This document shows, piece by piece, positions 44,655 to 54,202 of a stretch of DNA of 64,000 bases (position 1 is its first letter; every line of letters starts with the position of its first letter). Source of the stretch: Candidatus Aldehydirespiratoraceae bacterium. GTDB lineage: Bacteria > Actinomycetota > Acidimicrobiia > Acidimicrobiales > Aldehydirespiratoraceae. A program made the translations under genes and the position numbers. Location: NCBI GenBank assembly GCA_965203375.1, contig OZ241886.1, positions 28,818 to 92,817 on the forward strand. The letters are read 5' to 3'. Under the pieces are notes generated by a model that did not search any database, had not been told where the DNA came from, and was given only the letters and a program-made list of their open reading frames with translations.

Positions 44655-45182
44655 ATGGACCTGGATCTCACGGCCGATCAGAATCTCGCCTTTCTGGTTC
44701 TGCGCCTGGCGCTCGGGCTCATGATCATCGTCCACGGCTACAACAAGATCTTCAAGGGCGGGAAGCTGGCCGGCACCGGCCGCTGGTTCGAGTCGATGGG
44801 CATGAGGCCGGGCCGGGTCCACGCCCGGCTGGCCGCCTTCTCCGAGGTCGGCTCGGGCCTGCTGCTGGCTTTGGGCCTGCTCACCACGCTGGGGGCGGCC
44901 GCCTTGATCGGCATCATGGTTGTGGCCTTCTGGACGGTGCATGCCCGCAAGGGCTTCCTCATCACCAAGGAGGGCTGGGAGTACGTGGCCCTGATCTCGG
45001 TGATGGCCTGGGTGGTGGCCATCGTGGGGCCGGGCGAGTACTCGGTGGACAATGCGCTGGACATCGCCGGTTACTGGGACGGCTGGAAGGGGCTGTGGAT
45101 CGCGCTGATCCTAGGGGTGGGCGGCGGCGTGGCCCAGTTGGCGCTGTTCTACCGCCCGGGCTCGGTCCGGGCCGACGCCTGA
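44655..45182 (+). CDS. DoxX family membrane protein
   Basis: GGAGGAGGA precedes ATG44655. LAFLVLRLALGLMIIVHGYNKIF...LAAFSEVGSGLLLALGL is typical of DoxX. Confidence 0.8.
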   Translation: MDLDLTADQNLAFLVLRLALGLMIIVHGYNKIFKGGKLAGTGRWFESMGMRPGRVHARLAAFSEVGSGLLLALGLLTTLGAAALIGIMVVAFWTVHARKGFLITKEGWEYVALISVMAWVVAIVGPGEYSVDNALDIAGYWDGWKGLWIALILGVGGGVAQLALFYRPGSVRADA

Positions 45183-45281
45183 CCGCCGCCCGGCGCCGGG
45201 TCTTGGAACCTCGACGGGATCGGATGACACGGCCATGACCGGCATCGGCGGCAGCGGCGGCGCCGGTGGGATCGGCGGGAC

Positions 45282-46430
45282 ATGGACATAGCCGGCATCG
45301 ACGACGTGCTGAGCACCACCAGGGCGGTCCGGCGGCGGCTCGACTTGGACCGGCCGGTGCCCCATGACCTGATCCTGGAGTGCGTGGACCTGGCCGAGCA
45401 GGCCCCGACCGGCGGAAACCAGCCCAGCCGTCGCTGGCTGGTGGTCACCGATGCCGATCTGAAGCGGTCCATCGCCGATATCTACCGCCGGGCGGCGGGC
45501 GACTCGATGATCGCCGCCGCCGATGCTCTGGCCGGCACCGGCGGCGACCGGGAGCGCACCATGGCCTCGGCCGCCCACTTGGCCCGCCATCTCCAGGACG
45601 TGCCCGCCCTGGTGATCGCCACCATCTACGGACTCCACGACGGCAGCGGCCGGCCCGGGCTGTTCGACTCGGTCATCCAGTCGGCCTGGAGCTTCTGCCT
45701 GGCGCTGCGGGCCCGGGGGCTGGGCACGGTGTGGACCACGGCCTGGCTGAGCCACCAGGACGAGGTGGCCGAGCTGTTGGGCATTCCGGCCGGGGTGACC
45801 CAGGTGGTGATGCTGCCGGTGGCCTACACCGTCGGCGACGACTTCCGGCCCGCCCCCCGGCGGCCCGCCCGCCAGGTCGTCTGGCTCAACGGCTGGGGCC
45901 TCACCGTCGAGCGAGCCCCGGCCGGCGGCCGGCCGGTGATGGCCGACGGTCCCGGCGTGGCGGTGGAGACCGACATCGAGGCCCCGCCGGAGCGGGTGTG
46001 GCCGGTGGTGACCGACCTCGACGCCCCGGCCGGCTTCAGCCGGGAGTTCCTGGGGGCGGAATGGCTGGACGAGCCCGGCGAGGGGGCCCGGTTCGTGGGC
46101 CGCAACCGGCTCGGGGAGCGGGAGTGGGAGGCCGAATGCCGGGTGGCGGAGTGGGCGCCCGGCCGCCGGTTTTCCTGGCACGTGGGCGACCCTGCTGCGC
46201 CCGGCGCCCGCTGGAGTTTCGAGCTCGAGCCCCTGGTGGGCGGCGCCACCCGGCTCCGGTTCTCAGTCGGCCTCGGCCCCGGCCCATCGGGCCTGACCGC
46301 GGCCATCGAAGCCGACCCCGACGCCGAGGCCGACATCGTGGCCCGGCGCTGCACCTGGCACCGCCGCAACATGACCGCCACCATCCAAGGCATCAAATCC
46401 CTAGCCGAGTCCCCCTCCCCCACCGGGTGA
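45282..46430 (+). CDS. Nitroreductase-family domain fused to SRPBCC (START/polyketide-cyclase-like) domain
   Basis: N-terminus: TTRAVRRRLDLDRPVPHDLILECVDLAEQAPTGGNQ. C-terminus: VAVETDIEAPPERVWPVVTDLDA...WSFELEPLVGGATRL. Confidence 0.7.
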   Translation: MDIAGIDDVLSTTRAVRRRLDLDRPVPHDLILECVDLAEQAPTGGNQPSRRWLVVTDADLKRSIADIYRRAAGDSMIAAADALAGTGGDRERTMASAAHLARHLQDVPALVIATIYGLHDGSGRPGLFDSVIQSAWSFCLALRARGLGTVWTTAWLSHQDEVAELLGIPAGVTQVVMLPVAYTVGDDFRPAPRRPARQVVWLNGWGLTVERAPAGGRPVMADGPGVAVETDIEAPPERVWPVVTDLDAPAGFSREFLGAEWLDEPGEGARFVGRNRLGEREWEAECRVAEWAPGRRFSWHVGDPAAPGARWSFELEPLVGGATRLRFSVGLGPGPSGLTAAIEADPDAEADIVARRCTWHRRNMTATIQGIKSLAESPSPTG

Positions 46431-46457
46431 GGCTTCTCAACCGGAGCGGCTTGACCG

Positions 46458-46680
46458 ATGGAGAGATCCGACCTTACGGAACTCCACTACATCACGCCGA
46501 TCTCAAACGTCGCATCCATTCTCGACCGAGGAATCCTGAGCCACGACTCAGCAGCCCAGGTTGACCCCGACTCCATCGCTGACAAGAGCGTGCAGGCACG
46601 ACGCTCACGCGTTCCAGTGCTAGGTGGGGCAAACTCCATGATTATGCCAATCTCTAACGGCAGGAGGGCACGATAATCAA
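46458..46680 (+). pseudogene. darT (DUF4433) remnant, frameshifted and truncated
   Basis: MERSDLTELHYITPISNVASILDRGILSH aligns with the MRRTDIRELYYIAPIDNLPSIFKLGILSH of 47732..48382. After ~55 codons the homolog of PLHEYVPLYF reads KLHDYANL* in another frame. Confidence 0.65.
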
Positions 46681-46802
46681 GATGTTACAAGACGATCTGT
46701 TCGCCTCATCGGAGCATTTGGAGATCACCTAGTTTGAGCCGACAAATTCTCGGAGTTTGCCTTGTTAGTTGAACTAACTTTCGATCATTTCAAAGGCGGA
46801 CT

Positions 46803-47759
46803 TTATCGGGCTCTAGAGGTCGCACGGCGATCAATCTCCTCGATCAGCCTTTTGGAGGCTACTCTGATTGCTTCTTTATCAGGGTCGCCTTGTTCGCGGC
46901 GCCAGTCGATGGACGTTTTGAATGTCGGCCCGGGTGCCAACAGAACTGAAACATCTAGCGACCTCCCCTCCGTCGGGTCACACTCGTAGCCGATGACCCC
47001 GTTGTTGACTAGCCGCTTGCGCACCTGTCCAAAGAAATCGGGTCGCACGCCGTCAAAGTCCGGGAGCTCGAAGCAGGCCGCGGCCATCACTTTGGAGAAC
47101 ACGGTGGTGCTGACTCCCATGTCTTGCCCGGCTAACCTTTCCCCAGCGGCAGCCATGGCTTCGGCCATGTCTATCCAGCCCAGTTTGATCCTGCCCGGTT
47201 CGCCTACCCCATCCGGCGGGGCATGCAACTCTACCTCCACGGTCGGGAACCGCTCTTCGAGCCAAGTCAGCAGGGTCGGCCGGATCAGGTCCCAGTTGAG
47301 CCGTCCGTTGCCACATCCCAGCGCCGGGACAGCCATCGATTTGATCTTCCATTCCTCGTTCTGGTCAGCGGCGTAGGAGAGTCCTCGGTCTATGTCGGAA
47401 AGCCGCGACTGGGGCTGTTTCCAGTGGTCTTTGGTCGGGAAGTTCAGCACATGCTTCACCGACAGTGACGGCGCAGACTCGAGAGTGTCCCCGTCAAACA
47501 AGATGCCTTGCTCTGAGTCTGGTGTCGGCGGATCAGGTCGCCACAGATACGGCCGCCCGAGCTTTACCTCGCCAGCGGCACATTTCTTCTCGTATTCGGC
47601 GACCATCTCAGCATAGGCGGCGTTCTCGCGGAACAATGCCGCTACTCCCTTGCCCATCACCCCCCGACAATTCACCGTGTTCACCAAGGTTCGCGCGGAC
47701 GAAGCAAGCAAGTCGCCTGACTCTCGGAGTGTCACGCCCATGACCGATCCCGCTCCCAA
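46803..47759 (-). CDS. darG: DarG antitoxin (macrodomain ADP-ribosylglycohydrolase plus C-terminal domain)
   Basis: LVNTVNCRGVMGKGVAALF...VPALGCGNGRL macrodomain motifs. Overlaps the upstream darT. Confidence 0.8.
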   Translation of the reverse strand: MGAGSVMGVTLRESGDLLASSARTLVNTVNCRGVMGKGVAALFRENAAYAEMVAEYEKKCAAGEVKLGRPYLWRPDPPTPDSEQGILFDGDTLESAPSLSVKHVLNFPTKDHWKQPQSRLSDIDRGLSYAADQNEEWKIKSMAVPALGCGNGRLNWDLIRPTLLTWLEERFPTVEVELHAPPDGVGEPGRIKLGWIDMAEAMAAAGERLAGQDMGVSTTVFSKVMAAACFELPDFDGVRPDFFGQVRKRLVNNGVIGYECDPTEGRSLDVSVLLAPGPTFKTSIDWRREQGDPDKEAIRVASKRLIEEIDRRATSRAR

Positions 47760-48382
47760 TCGTGGAATAACGCTGGGTCAATCGACACCTTGAAGGATTC
47801 GCGTAAACTGCTTGCGGCAGCCGCCGCTGATCGGACGCGATCATAGTGGTCGAACAACGGCGGCTGAGGCAGATGCGACCCTAATCCCACGACCGCGCCG
47901 ATCAACATGTCTGGCCCCACCGAATCTGGGATCAGTGCTTCGGCTTGTGATCGCTCATTCGGGGGACGGGCGAACACCCGCTCCGCATCCAGCTTGTCCA
48001 AGCCTAAATCGACATGCTTGTAGAACTTAGCTTTGTCCCTAGCGGCGTTAAATACAGAAACCACAGCACCCGTGACATCCAGAACGTTAGAAGAGATCTT
48101 CAGCACACACACCGACGCGTCTCCCTCTGACCCCAGTACCTCGCGCAGCATCCAGTTGTGAGCCGTAAAATAGAGGGGCACATACTCGTGCAGCGGCTTG
48201 CGCCCACCGCCACGCACCGACACCTCTTTCGCAGCACGCCTCTTCTGGACCTCTTCATCAGCCACGGAGCAATGCAGTATCTCATCAGCGGATTTGTGGC
48301 TGAGAATGCCTAGTTTGAAGATGGAAGGCAGGTTATCGATCGGGGCGATGTAGTACAATTCTCGGATGTCAGTGCGGCGCAC
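47732..48382 (-). CDS. darT: DarT DNA ADP-ribosyltransferase toxin (DUF4433)
   Basis: ELYYIAPIDNLPSIFKLGILSH...HEYVPLYF...SQAEALIPDSV layout typical of DUF4433/DarT. Followed by the macrodomain gene. Confidence 0.8.
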   Translation of the reverse strand: MRRTDIRELYYIAPIDNLPSIFKLGILSHKSADEILHCSVADEEVQKRRAAKEVSVRGGGRKPLHEYVPLYFTAHNWMLREVLGSEGDASVCVLKISSNVLDVTGAVVSVFNAARDKAKFYKHVDLGLDKLDAERVFARPPNERSQAEALIPDSVGPDMLIGAVVGLGSHLPQPPLFDHYDRVRSAAAAASSLRESFKVSIDPALFHDWERDRSWA

Positions 48383-48687
48383 TGGTCGTATGCCTCCTGA
48401 CCGTCGGGCAGCAGTTATCGAATGGGGTAGGCATCATAGACCGCTGTCCGATGATGTTCTCAATGGGATCGCCGCCCATGGAGCGGGTATCCACGGCTCG
48501 CTCTAGGATACGATCGCCGCTGACAGAGCGGGATGTGGCTGAGGCCACGCGCTCAACATCCCGGGTTGGCTCCGCGCCGAGCCATCCGAAGACTCGACCT
48601 CACCCCCGACATCACCGCTGATGCCCCCTTTTTGGCGGTTGCGTCGTTCTGGCCCTGGCTTGGGGTGTCACACCTCCGCTCTCGTGG

Positions 48688-50112
48688 TCAAGCCGGGAAG
48701 AGGGCGGGGGCTGTTTGCAGTGGCGGGTCGGGGCCGTTGGCCGGGTGGGCTGATCCGGGGCGGGTCGGGGCCGGTTGGGCACGGGCTCTGGCTGGTTGCG
48801 GGCTGCGGCTCGGCTGTGAGTTGCGGCTCGGTCGTGGTCGTCGGGATTCGCGGGGGTGTCGGTCGTGGGGGTGTCGGCCGTCGGCGGGTCCGGGCGGAGC
48901 GAGCGGGTCGGGCGGTTGCAGGGCGGGTTTGCCGTTGCGGTGGACGACTCGCCAGTGGTGGTCGTGGATGTTGTGGTGGCAGCGCCAGCAGACGAGGACG
49001 AGGTTTTCGATGTCGGTGCGCCGTAGTCGGGCGTAGGGGACGATGTGGTGGGCCTGGCATTGGCCGGGTTCGGCACCGCAGCCGACGCAGCCGCGGTCGC
49101 GGGCGATGAGCATCCGCCATTGGGCGGTGGTGGCGGTGCGCACCGTGGCCCCGTGGCGCAGCGGTTTGCCGTCGCTGAAAAGGAGCCCGGTGAGCTGGGC
49201 GTCGCAGGCTATGCGCTGTAGCACCTCAGGGGGAACAGGCCCGGTGCCGGGGATCTCGCAGCGCCCGGCGGGATCGTCGCCGGTGAGGGCACCGATGTCG
49301 GCCACCACGATGACCTCGGCCTTGGGCCGCCCACCGGCGCCGCCGCGTCCCTTGTCGTCGGCGGCACCAGATGTGAGCCGATCGAGGGCGTCGGCCCGGA
49401 GCTGGTCCCAAGTCCGGCTCTCGCTTTCGTCGGGTCTGTTGCCAGCGGCTGCGCTGTCGCGGTTGCGGGCTGTTTGCTGGTCTTGGCAGCGGAGCTCTTC
49501 GGCGGTGTCTTGGAGGCGGTTGCAGATGCGGGTGCCGGTCTCGGGGTCCAACAGGCCGTCGAGGCGGACCATGCCGTCTTGTTGCTTCCAGGTCTTGAGG
49601 TACCGCCGCCGGCGCTTGTTGACCCAGTCGCCGTGGCCGTGGTCGCTTTGGTGGCGCTGAGTCCAAGCGCTGACTTCGCGGGCGAACCGGTCGGGGGACA
49701 GTTCCTTGGCCATGGCCAGCAGATCAGCCGCGGAATCAACCGCTTTAGGGGCTGTGTGCTTGGCCGCGTCAGCCAGGCGCTCGGCATTGGCCAATGACAC
49801 TTCCCCGGAATCGACCGACGAGCGCAGCGAGGGCATCTCGTCGAGAACCTCAGCGGCACCCAGGCTGCGGCGAGCCTGAACCCTCGACTTGCCGGCCTGG
49901 TCGCGCAGCACCGAGGCTCCGCCGTCGCCGTGTCCCTCCCGGGCTGAGATGGATCGGGCGGCGTCGGTCTGCAAGGCGGCCACATTGGCCTCCCAGGACC
50001 GGGTGACCGCGATCAGTTCCTTCAGGCGAACTACCGGCAGTTCCCCGGCCCGGACCGCTTCCAGCAGCCGGGCCAGTCCCCCGTTGACACATTCGACCGT
50101 TTCAGTGAACAT
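48688..50112 (-). CDS. DUF222 domain / HNH endonuclease (13E12-repeat-like) protein
   Basis: The N-terminal DUF222-like helical region is followed by RGCVGCGAEPGQCQAHHIVPY...LVLVCWRCHHNIH (HNH). Confidence 0.8.
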   Translation of the reverse strand: MFTETVECVNGGLARLLEAVRAGELPVVRLKELIAVTRSWEANVAALQTDAARSISAREGHGDGGASVLRDQAGKSRVQARRSLGAAEVLDEMPSLRSSVDSGEVSLANAERLADAAKHTAPKAVDSAADLLAMAKELSPDRFAREVSAWTQRHQSDHGHGDWVNKRRRRYLKTWKQQDGMVRLDGLLDPETGTRICNRLQDTAEELRCQDQQTARNRDSAAAGNRPDESESRTWDQLRADALDRLTSGAADDKGRGGAGGRPKAEVIVVADIGALTGDDPAGRCEIPGTGPVPPEVLQRIACDAQLTGLLFSDGKPLRHGATVRTATTAQWRMLIARDRGCVGCGAEPGQCQAHHIVPYARLRRTDIENLVLVCWRCHHNIHDHHWRVVHRNGKPALQPPDPLAPPGPADGRHPHDRHPRESRRPRPSRNSQPSRSPQPARARAQPAPTRPGSAHPANGPDPPLQTAPALFPA

Positions 50113-50379
50113 GTGATCACTCTACAACATGGGTGAGACAATCACACCCCTTATCCCGATATTTTCTGAAATTTTCTGAGATTTCTTTGAATGCATCCGA
50201 AACATCCCCCAACAACGGGTCAGACCTGCCACCACATCGGACGAGCCGCACATGGGAGTCGGAGCGAACCGGGCAGTTCGTGTGAGCGGGAGCCCCAGCA
50301 CCAAGCGCCCAGGCCGGGGGTGGCACGGGGGCGGAGTCACGCCAATTCAGTGTTGCCGTGAAGGCCTCCGTGCATACTC

Positions 50380-51153
50380 CTAGTGCAGGCCGGCCGTTTG
50401 GCCGGCGTCGATGACGAAGCACTGGCCGGTTATGAATCGGGCCGCGTCGCTGGCGAGGAAGACGACCAGCGATGCGACGTCGCCGGGGCCGATGGTTCCG
50501 GGGAGCGTCTGGTAGCGCTCAATGTAGCCGGCCACCTGCTGGGCGGTGAGGTGGCTGGTCAACGGGGTGTCGACGAGTCCTGGGCAGATGGCGTTGGCCC
50601 GTATGTTGTCGGCGCCGTAGTCGAGCGCCACCGACCGGGTGAGGCTGATGGCCCCGGCCTTGGCCGCCGCGTAGGCGGCCTTCTCCCGCGAGGGCCGCAG
50701 GCCGAGGGTTCCCGCGGTCACCAAGAACACACCGCCCCCTCGCCTGATCAGAGCCGGGATCGCGTGTCTGGCGCTCAGGAAGACGCTGGTGAGGTTGGTG
50801 GCGATGCACCGGTCCCATTCCGCCTCCGAGGTCTGGGTGACGCTGCCCTCGGGGCTGATGCCAGCGTTGTTGAAATACACGTCGAGGCCGCCGAACGAGT
50901 CCTGGGTGAAGGCGAGGAGACCGGCGATGTCGGCGTCGTCGGTCACGTCTGCTCGATGGCTGCGGGCCTGACCGCCGGCGGCGTTGATCTCGTCGGCCAC
51001 CTCGGAGATGCCGTCCTGAGTCCGGCCCGCGGCGACAACGGCGGCGCCGGCGGCGGCCAGAGCGACGCTGGCGGCCCGGCCGATGCCGGAGCCCGCGCCG
51101 GTGACGACGGCGACTCGGCCGTCGAGCCGGAGATCGGCCGGCCTAGCGGTCAT
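50380..51153 (-). CDS. SDR family oxidoreductase
   Basis: VAVVTGAGSGIGRA (TGxxxGxG), NNAG and YAAAKAG (YxxxK). Confidence 0.85.
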   Translation of the reverse strand: MTARPADLRLDGRVAVVTGAGSGIGRAASVALAAAGAAVVAAGRTQDGISEVADEINAAGGQARSHRADVTDDADIAGLLAFTQDSFGGLDVYFNNAGISPEGSVTQTSEAEWDRCIATNLTSVFLSARHAIPALIRRGGGVFLVTAGTLGLRPSREKAAYAAAKAGAISLTRSVALDYGADNIRANAICPGLVDTPLTSHLTAQQVAGYIERYQTLPGTIGPGDVASLVVFLASDAARFITGQCFVIDAGQTAGLH

Positions 51154-51291
51154 GGCCAGCCGGAGCCCATGCCGGGCGGCTCAGCGGTCATGGCCAGCCG
51201 AACTGATGCCGGTCGGGACTGAGGCCGGTCGGAGCCGATGCGGTCGGAACTGAGGCCCGGTCGGGGCCCATGCCGGGCGGAAGTGGCGAGA

Positions 51292-52119
51292 TCATCGGGG
51301 TTGATCGAAGAAGTCGCGCTTGATCACGGTCGAGAGCCAGTCGACGATGACCGCGTAGCCCTTCTCGCCGGTTTCGGGCTTGGCCAGCGTGGGGTCTCCG
51401 ATGTGGCCATAGGGCGTTACCTCCCGGTAGCTGCGGGTGCCGTAGTAGATGCCGCCGCCGGCCTTGACGTGATCGGGCCCCTGGATCTTGCGCATGACGT
51501 CCGGGTCGATGTGATGGGCGCCGGCCCGCTCGGGATGCACCAGCTCGGGGTGGGTGACGAGCAGCCGAGAGGTCTCGCCCTCGCCGCCGTGGCCCTCGCC
51601 CTTCGTCGAGGTCTGGACGGTGTGGTAGACGGCGCTGAGGGCCGCCAGCCAGTTGCACACCACCGCCTTGGCGTCGGGGGTGGCATCGACCACCTCCTGG
51701 GCGGCCACCATCATCGAGGAGAGGTTCCCGTCGTGGCCGTGGATGAACACGAAATCGCGGAATCCCCCTTCATAGAGGCTCATGGCGATCTCGCGCAATA
51801 GCGCGACGAGCGTTGCCGAGCTGATGGTGATCGTTCCGGCGAACCCCATGTGAAAGCTCGACGTGCCGAAGGGAACCGCCGGCGCGATCATCACCGGGCA
51901 TCCCATCTCCTCGAGCCGCACGGCGGTGCGGCGGCAGATCTCGCGGCCCTCCATCGTGTCGGTTCCGAGGGGCAGGTGGGGCCCGTGCTCCTCGGTGGCG
52001 CCGACCGGGATCAAAACGGTTCGGGTGACCTCGAGCCGCTCGCGAACCTCGGCGCCGGTCATCTCCGCCAGCGTCGGCGGCGCCTTCTGGACATAGAGCA
52101 CTTGGTCGTCCCGGGTCAT
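51292..52119 (-). CDS. Creatininase-family amidohydrolase
   Basis: AGGAGG precedes ATG52119. LIPVGATEEHGPHLPLGTD...FIHGHDGN. The track ORF extends spuriously to 52857. Confidence 0.8.
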   Translation of the reverse strand: MTRDDQVLYVQKAPPTLAEMTGAEVRERLEVTRTVLIPVGATEEHGPHLPLGTDTMEGREICRRTAVRLEEMGCPVMIAPAVPFGTSSFHMGFAGTITISSATLVALLREIAMSLYEGGFRDFVFIHGHDGNLSSMMVAAQEVVDATPDAKAVVCNWLAALSAVYHTVQTSTKGEGHGGEGETSRLLVTHPELVHPERAGAHHIDPDVMRKIQGPDHVKAGGGIYYGTRSYREVTPYGHIGDPTLAKPETGEKGYAVIVDWLSTVIKRDFFDQPR

Positions 52120-52197
52120 CACGCCTCCTGGCCAGTCCCTAGATTTAGCCATTATTTTGACGATCTTGACACTTCGTCTAAACCAGGTTAGCTTGCC

Positions 52198-52929
52198 GTG
52201 ACCGTGAACGCCAAGGGTGACGCCATGAGCGACGAGCGCCAGAGGACACTCGAACTGCTGCGGCAGCTCGCCGCCGCCATCGAGCGGTTGTTCTCGCCGC
52301 TGTGCGAGGTGGTGATCCACGACTTCACCGATTTCGAGCATTCGATCGTGCATCTCGAAGGCGATGTCAGCCACCGCCACCTCGGCGGGGCGGCGACGGA
52401 TCTGCTGTTGAAGCGGGCCCGGGCCAGCGAGACCGACGAAGACCTCTACTGCTACAAGACGCAGCTTCCCGGCGACCGGACCATGAAGTCGAGCACCGTC
52501 TTTTTGCGCGACGAGTCCGGGGCCGCCTACGGGGCTTTCTGCATCAACTACGACATCACCGCCCTCACCGGGTTCGAGAAGGTGATCGGGGCGATGACGC
52601 TCAACGGCGTCGAAGAGTCGGTGTCCGAGGTGCTGTCCGACGACATCAACCAGACGATCGGAGGGATCATCGCCGAGACTCTGGCCGAGATCGGCGACGA
52701 GCCGCGCTTCATGAACCGGGGCGGCAAGGTCGATCTGATCGCCCGCCTCGACGCCAAGGGAGTCTTCCAGGTCAAGAAGGCGGCGCCCATCCTCGCCGAA
52801 CAGCTCGGCCTCAGCCGGGCCACCATCTACAACTACCTGCGAGAGGCGCGAGAGCAAGCGGGAGCGCCGCTTTCAGAGGCCGGGCCCACCGCCGACGGGC
52901 TGTTGAACGAGGCGGGCGGCCATGAATAG
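52198..52929 (+). CDS. YheO-like PAS domain / HTH transcriptional regulator
   Basis: LFSPLCEVVIHDFTDFEHSIVHLEGDVSHR (YheO-like) and a C-terminal LGLSRATIYNYLRE HTH. ATG52225 is an alternative start. Confidence 0.6.
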   Translation: MTVNAKGDAMSDERQRTLELLRQLAAAIERLFSPLCEVVIHDFTDFEHSIVHLEGDVSHRHLGGAATDLLLKRARASETDEDLYCYKTQLPGDRTMKSSTVFLRDESGAAYGAFCINYDITALTGFEKVIGAMTLNGVEESVSEVLSDDINQTIGGIIAETLAEIGDEPRFMNRGGKVDLIARLDAKGVFQVKKAAPILAEQLGLSRATIYNYLREAREQAGAPLSEAGPTADGLLNEAGGHE

Positions 52930-54202
52930 GCCCGGCGAGGTGCGCAGCCCCCGGGCCGCCCCACCGCCGAGCGCGCACAGCCAAGCCATAGCGGCGGAGG
53001 TCCTCCGCCATCTGGACCCGGCGGAGCCGGTGGAGTTGGCCCGGGAGCTGATCCGGGTGCCGTCGCCGCTGTGGGGCGAATCCGAAGTCGCCCGCTGGCT
53101 GGAGCGCTGGTTCCTCGAACGCGGCTACGGCGTCGATCTCCAAGAGGTGGCGCACGAAACCCACGTCACCCACCAGGCCATCGCCACCTTGCCCGGAGAC
53201 GGGTCCGGACCGTCGCTGATGCTGTGCGGGCACACCGACACCAGCGACTGGAACGGCCGCCCCTTCAGAGAGGACGAGTGGACCCGCGACCCGTTCGGCG
53301 GAGAGATCGACGACGGCTACCTCTACGGCCTGGGCGCCATCAACATGAAGGCCGGCGTCGCTGCCAACCTCGCGGCCGCGGAGGCGGTCCGCCGGTCGGG
53401 GCGGCCGCTCAAAGGAGATCTCGTCGTGGCCTGCGTGGTGGCCGAGACGGGCGGCGGGGTCGGAGCGCTGCATCTGATCGAGAGCGGCTGCCGGCCCGAC
53501 TATTGCATCGTCTCCGAGGCCGGGGACCTCGACGTGGGGGTGATCTCGGTCGGCTACGTCCAGGGCAAGGTCCGCGTCATCGGCGAGTTCAAGGCCCGGG
53601 TTCCCTACGTAAACCCCATCGAGAAGGCGGCGAAGGTCCTCGAGGCCTTCGGCCCGGCCTATGTGCCCCTCAAGCCGGCGGGCGAGGGCGGCTGGATCAA
53701 CTTCGACCCCCACCCGCTGATCCCCGGGTTCCCGAGAATGGCCGTGCGCGACATATCCCACCATCAGGACGCGACCACGCTCACCTTCGACCTTCGGATC
53801 GTTCCGGGGATGACCGAGGAGAGCGTCGTCGCCGACCTGACCGCGCTGTTGGATCAGATAGCGGCGCGAGACGAAGACTTCGCTTACGAGCTGGTCGTGC
53901 CCCAGTCCCCCCGGCAGCCGAACATGCCGGCCCGGCCCGAGACGCCCGCCGACGAACCGGTCGTGGCCGAGCTCATCGGCGCCCATCGGGCCGTGACCGG
54001 CGCCGATCCCGCAGTGGGGGCGGGCCACCGCATCGGCGCCACGGCCGACACCTGCCACTTCAAGGGAGCGGGCATCACCTGCGTGGAGTACGGCCCCGGC
54101 TACATCCCGACGTGGCCCATGGTCGACGAGCGCATCGAGGTCGAGCAGATCGTCACGGCCGCGCGGGTCCTCGCGGTCACGGCGGCGGCGGTGCTGACAT
54201 GA
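52922..54202 (+). CDS. M20 family metallopeptidase/deacylase (ArgE/DapE/CPG2-like)
   Basis: ELIRVPSPLWGE...LMLCGHTDT...VAETGGG, with an M20-like dimerisation insert. Confidence 0.7.
   Translation: MNRPGEVRSPRAAPPPSAHSQAIAAEVLRHLDPAEPVELARELIRVPSPLWGESEVARWLERWFLERGYGVDLQEVAHETHVTHQAIATLPGDGSGPSLMLCGHTDTSDWNGRPFREDEWTRDPFGGEIDDGYLYGLGAINMKAGVAANLAAAEAVRRSGRPLKGDLVVACVVAETGGGVGALHLIESGCRPDYCIVSEAGDLDVGVISVGYVQGKVRVIGEFKARVPYVNPIEKAAKVLEAFGPAYVPLKPAGEGGWINFDPHPLIPGFPRMAVRDISHHQDATTLTFDLRIVPGMTEESVVADLTALLDQIAARDEDFAYELVVPQSPRQPNMPARPETPADEPVVAELIGAHRAVTGADPAVGAGHRIGATADTCHFKGAGITCVEYGPGYIPTWPMVDERIEVEQIVTAARVLAVTAAAVLT

Noticed and set aside
50117-50422. 101-aa minus-strand ORF in the spacer between the DUF222-HNH gene and the SDR gene.
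   Set aside because: It overlaps the SDR gene's 3' end, has no motifs and has an odd composition. It is probably non-coding, although the spacer contains a TTTTCTGA(A/G) stretch related to the palindromic element arms.
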